A stretch of DNA of 64,000 bases from assembly GCA_905178155.1 (NCBI GenBank), contig CAJINV010000034.1, positions 1-64,000 of the forward strand. The letters run 5' to 3'. Of the stretch, positions 54,801 to 60,800 are shown piece after piece. Source of the DNA: Amoebophrya sp. A120 (lineage: Eukaryota > Protista > Dinoflagellata). The stretch's first letter is position 1; each line of letters begins with the position of its first letter. Made by a program: the position numbers and the translations under genes. The notes under the pieces were generated by a model. The model worked only from the letters and a program-made list of their open reading frames with translations. It was not told the origin of the DNA and did no database searches.

Positions 54801-57800
54801 GCCCAAAAGGGAGACTGGACAGACAAGAATCCGCTCGTGTTTAGCAGATTAGACAAACGCTGGCTGGGGGGCTGTGGCCGGGGCGAGGCCATTTGCGTCT
54901 TCCGGATCTGCTAAACAGGAGCGGACTCTTGTCCGCAAAGCTCTACTTTTGTGGCTTTTGGCCTTCCGCCCGTTTGTCTAATTTTGCCCAAAAGGGAGAC
55001 TGGACAGACAAGAATCCGCCCGTGTTTAGCAGATTAGACAAACGCTGGCTGGGCTGTCGCCGGGGCGAGGCTATTTGCGTCTTCTGGATCTGCTAAACAG
55101 GAGCGGACTCTTGTCCGCAGCGCTTCACTTTTGCGGCTTTTGGCCTTCCGCCCGTTTGTCTAATTTTGCCCAAAAGGGAGACTGGACAGACAAGAGTCCG
55201 CCCGTGTCTAGCAGATTAGACAAACGCTGGCTTGGTTGTGGCCGGGGCGAGGCCATTTGCGTCTTCTGGATCTGCTAAACAGCAGCGGACTCTTGTCCGC
55301 AAAGCTTCACTTTTGCGGTTTTTGGCCTTCCACCCGTTTGTCTAATTTTGCCCAAAAGGGAGACTAGACAGACGAGAATCCGCCCGTGTTCAGCAGATTA
55401 GACAAACGCTGGCTGGGCTGTGGCCGGGGCGAGGCCATTTGCGTCGCCTGGATCTGCTAAACAAGAGCGGACTCTTGTCCGCAAAGCTTCACTTTTGCGG
55501 TTTTTGGCCTTGCGCCCGTTTGTCTAATTTTGCCCAAAAGGGAGACTGGACAGACAAGAATCCGCCCGTGTTTAGCAGATTAGACAAACGCTGGCTGGGC
55601 TGTGGCCGGGGCGAGGCCATTTGCGTCTTCTGGATCTGCTAATCAGGAGCGGACTCCGGTCCGCAAAGCTTCACTTTTGCGGCTTTTGGCCTTCCGCCCG
55701 TTTGTCTAATTTTGCCCAAAAGGGAGACTGGACAGACAAGAATCCGCCCGTGTTAAGCAGATTAGACAAACGCTGGGGGGGCTGTGGCTGGGGCGAGGCC
55801 ATTTGCGTCTTCCGGATCTACTAAACAGGAGCGGACTCTTGTCCGCAAAGCTTCACTTTTGCGGCTTTTGGCCTTCCGCCCGTTTGTCTAATTTTGCCCA
55901 AAAGGGAGACTAGACAGACAAGAGTCCGCCCGTTTTTAGCAGATTAGACAAACGCTGGCTGGTCTGTGGCCGGGGCGAGGCCATTTGCGTCTTCTGGATC
56001 TGCTAAACAGGAGCGATATCTTGTCTGAAAGACTTCACTATTGCGGTTTTTGGTCTTCCACCCGTTTGTCTAATTTTGCCCAAATGGGAGATTAGACAAA
56101 CAAGAAACCGTTCCTGTTTAGCAGATTAGACAAACGCTGGCCGCTGGGTTGTGGCTGGAGCGAGGCCATCCGCGTCCTCTGAATCTGCTAAACAGGAGCG
56201 ATATCTTGTCTGAAAGACTTCACTTGTGCGGTTTTTGGCCTTCCACCCGTTTGTCTAATTTTGCCCAATTTGGAGATTAGACAAGCAAGAAACCGCTCCT
56301 GTTTAGCAGATTAGACAAACGCTGGCTGGGTTCTGGCTGGGGCGAGGCCATTTGCGTGCCCTGAATCTGCTAAACAGGAGCGGATTCGTGTCTGAAGGAC
56401 TTCACTTTTGCGGCTTTTGGCCTTCCGCCCGTTTGTCTAATTTTGCCCAAGAGGGAGACTAGACAGACAAGAGTCCGCCCGTGTTTAGCAGATTAGACAA
56501 ACGCTGGCTGGGCTGTTGCCGGGGCGAGGCCATTTGCGTCTTCTGGATCTGCTAAACAGGAGCGGACTTTGTCCGCAAAGCTTCACTTTTGCGGCTTTTG
56601 GCCTTCCGCCCGTTCGTCTAATTTTGCCCAAAAGGGAGACTAGGCAGACAAGAGTCCGCCCGTGTTTAGCAGATTAGACAAACGCTGGCTGGATTGTGGC
56701 CGGGGCGAGGCCATTTGCGTCTTCTGGATCTGCTAAACAGGAGCGGACTCTTGCCCGCAAAGCTTCACTTTTGCGCTTTTTGGCCTCTCGCCCGTTTGTC
56801 TAATTTTGCCCAAATGGGAGACTAGACAAACAAGAAACCGCTCCTGTTTAGCAGATTAGACAAACGCTGGCTGGGTTGTGGCTGGGGCGAAGCCGCTTGC
56901 GTTTTCTGAATCTGGTAAACAGGAGCGGACTCTTGCCTGAGAGACTTTACTTTTGCGGTTTTTGGCCTTCCACCCGTTTGTCTAATTTTGCCCAAATGGG
57001 AGACTAGACAAACAAGAAACCGCTCCTGTTTAGCAGATTAGACAAGTCCTGGCGGGGTTGTGCCGTGGGTGGGGGTAGTACCTGCGTCTTCTTCAGAAAG
57101 TACTTGATAGAAAAATTACAATCAGAAGTAGACAAGGTGAAACTGAAAATCATCAAAACAGCACACAACACATTACGCACACCATAATCTTCAGGTATCG
57201 GCGTTTTAAAACTTCCTGCGTCCACCTACCGTGGCCACTTTGTCTACGATGAATTCCACGGATTGGGCCTGATGTGCTGGAAAGCGGGTGTTGTGTACGG
57301 TGGAAACTGGAAACACAACGAGATGTTTGGCTGGGGCTCGTTACGGGTTCCGAGAAAGTACGTCTACAAGGGCCAATTCCTGAACAACGAAAGACACGGG
57401 TACGGGAGGTGCGAGTGGTTCGAGTCCGGGGAATATTATGAAGGCATGTGGGTGAACGGGAAAATGTATGACTTGCAAAACAAGTATCGTACTCGTATAA
57501 ATGCATTACGAATTTTATCACAGGGGCAAATGAATCACATTACAAATGAATCACCATACGGAAAAAAAAATTTTTCCAAGTACCGCAGTGCATGGCCCGG
57601 CTCGCACGCATAAGGTAGCGCCCAACATATCCAACCAAATAACCTGAGACACAGCGACGCTCGTCAGGAAAGTCGCGCCTTTCTCGATAAGGTTTGCGCT
57701 ATTTGGTTGGTGGCTACGGGGGACGAACGCAGTGGCCATGAGTGTATGCTGGGGCCATCCCGCCTGAATAGCTTGCAAACAACTCGGGGGAAGCATTCGC

Positions 57801-60800
57801 AACCCAAAATACCAAGCAAAAGCCCATTGCTAAAGATAGGGAAAACGACGCCACAAAACTGAAGTGATTACACCTCTATACCGTCGGGCGTAGCGTCCCG
57901 AGGGTGTCGCATTTTCTGAAAAAAGGTCAATTTTTGCCAAAAATTCATCTTTTTCGAGGCAAAAAAAGAGGTGTAATCACCTTGCGTTTTGTAGCTATCA
58001 ATTAGCCCTATGATTCATTTGACTCCTCCCGCTTAGTATCTGCTTGAATCACCTCTGCAAAAAGTCGCGACTTTTGGCATCAAATTGATGCCCGAAACGC
58101 GTCTTTTTCGCGTCAAATCACCCAAGCAGATATCAAGTGGGTTTGCGTTTTTTTTCGTCTGAAACAGGCTGAGCATCTCAAGTGATTACACCTCCACTGT
58201 TCCACTTCCGCCACTTGGTAACAGTAGAGTAGGGAAAAAGTAAGAATAATACGCCAGTAGCACCATGCGGGGTAACATTATGCACCACGGTATGACGCTT
58301 TGGGGTTGGTCTTGGGGTATCTTCTATGACATGTTCTGCGCACTACATCTCGCAGTCTTTTCCTTACCAAAATGCGACGCCTGGGGCTTTTGGTCGCAGC
58401 CTTCTCAAGCATTCGCCCACTGCAATCTACCGACCAGCTGTGTCTGGCGCGGGGAAAAAAGCTGCAGGCGCTACGGCAGTTGGGGACGCTCCGAATTTTT
58501 TTTTTTTTCGGCCCTATGATTCTTTTGAAAGTGATTTACTTGCTCCTTTGATAAATTTCCTCAGCATGAGAAATGAGATTTGCAATGCGGATTTACGTTT
58601 AAGAAAAAGATTTGTGATGCATGACTGCAATTACTACAAGTGCGATACTTTTGCACAGGATAGAATGCACGGGCCTGGGCTGTACGGAACGGAGCGGGTA
58701 AGTGCGATTTGGAATTGGAACGAAGGGACCATGGGAAGTTTGCTACACAAACTCCCGTCTTCGGTTATCGGAGGGCCAGTGCAGTTGGTGGTGCTGGAGG
58801 CTCCGAGGTAGAGGTTTTGTCTTCTTGGTCTTCTTGCATCATGACAAAAATTTGTTTGAGTGCCTGTTTTGCAATACAAGTTTAACACCTACCACTCAAC
58901 GTTCAAAAACCAAAAACTATCAGGCGCGTCCCGGAGCTCCAGGCATCGTACAAGCAGCTCTCCACGCTTCTATGAATTGCAAAAGTATCGTACTAGCATA
59001 AATTGCATTACAAATTTGCTCAGCACGAGAGCTGGAATTTGTCATGCTGTTTCACCTTGAGGACAAGATTTGTCATGCATAATTGCAATCAGTATGATTA
59101 CGATACTTTTGCACAGGATAGCTTCTCACCCGCTACCACGTCTCCGCCGAATCAGCGAGGTCAAGTTCCCAACAAATGCTCTCCGCCATGGGGTCACCGA
59201 CGAGCCGGCACCGGTCCATGTCACCGAGACTGACCTACTCCAGCAGCATATCCTGAGTAAAAATGTCCTCACCCCCCCAGGGTTGTCATGCAAATCTGCA
59301 TGCCAAAGTAAGCCAAAAAAGTCTCTCATGCGGAGCCACATGAGAACCATTTTCTAATCCTGTTTTGGAATTTGTGATGCTAGAATCAGCATGATATGCT
59401 ACATCTGTGATGCTTCGGAACTAGCTAAACAGGAATACACTACGAGGATAAAAACCTTGTCATACGAAACAACCAGAGGTGGCTGATTTGTCTAGCGGAT
59501 TTCCCATCTTGACTCTGGTGTGGTAACATTTTTGCTCAGGATACAGCAGACCGGGGACTTCTTCTGAGCAGTTGATGCTCACTACCTACGGGTCCGCGGG
59601 CACCGCCGACTCGCAGTATCCTGTGCAAAAGTATCGTACTCGTATTGCAATCATGCATGACAAATCTTTATCTTAAGGTAAATCTGTATCTGCATTACAA
59701 ATTTTATCTCTCATGCTGAGGAAATTTGTAATGCATTTATACGAGTACGATACTTTTGCAAAGCATACGCAGAACCAAGCTACCACGGTGAGCAAGAAGT
59801 TCATATCAAATGTAAAAATGTCTGGGTCTGGAAGAATGCAACTTGTGATGCTGCATTTGGATTCCAAAAAAATCTGTATTGCATGAGTACCGAAGGGAGC
59901 GCAAGTTTTTGCTACGCTGAGAAGGCATTTGTCATGCGGAATAGGCATCAAGAAGCTCTCAAAAAATCTGTGATGCTAGGGTATGCATCACAGACATCAT
60001 GGCTCATGCAAAACGTGCATGACGAATCTCGCAATCTTCCAGACCCAGACATTTTTACAGTTGATAGTTCATGAACGTGAGCAATTTGCACGGGGTGCGG
60101 AACGCACATTCAATGTCCCCGTCGCAAAGAGAAACGATCCGGAAAGCGGTGACAAGTGGTGCGGCGAGTTCCAGTAGGCACGATTTTCAGTACAGCACGA
60201 GAACTGGGGTATCTTCGACGGGAGAGGATTCGCAGATGGAGCTCTACGACGGTCCGGAAGTGTTCGGCGGGAAGACTTCCACATTGGCAGACCGATACGC
60301 AAGACAGATCGACACGAACCGGAGTCAGTCACCAAGGTATAGCAGCCCGCACGATACAACCGGCGGAGGGAACAACGATACCGGTGGATCGGCGCGGAAG
60401 ACGCAGAAGAAGGACCTGAAACCGCCAACGTATCTTTTGATATTGAATAAATGTGTTGCGAAATAAACGCATGGCATGACAAACTGTGTTTCCACATCAT
60501 AGTGCAAAATTTCGCATGACAAAATCACTTCCAAAAATGATTTCTATCAGCCTCGACACGCAAAAAGCCCGGGACAAGATAACGCCTGCGATTCAGGACC
60601 AAATGGGCGCGGACGTACCGCCAAGACCGGGATCGTTATCCATTGCAAAAGTATCGTACTGACTTTAACTAGTAGAAGTAGCATCACAAATTCGATGGTC
60701 AGGAGCATGAAAAATGGAATTTGTAAAGCTGGTTAGAGTACATCAAACATTGACCTGTAATGCGTGACTGCCATTATTACCACGAGTACAAGGTATTTTT

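Larger units (their letters stand above)
54375..58730 (+). other. Cytoplasmic MORN repeats (split by three introns)
   Basis: YWG...KHGIG, YRGHFVYDEFHGLG, YGGNWKHNEMFGWG, YKGQFLNNERHGYG, YEGMWVNGKMHGPG. Confidence 0.85.

Noticed and set aside
54745-57060. Regular repeats with palindromes resembling CRISPR or a cluster of small ORFs
   Set aside because: Whole 182-bp units are repeated with no variable spacer; lies in a GT-AG intron
57551-58519. Short ORFs in the nested 1-kb element as a transposase
   Set aside because: Only 83-84 aa with no recognisable DDE, HTH or recombinase motif
15776-60074. Many short ORFs sharing FQTQTFLHL, MSGSGR, LPDPDIFA or QKYRTR
   Set aside because: These are the six-frame readings of family A and B TIRs, not a protein family
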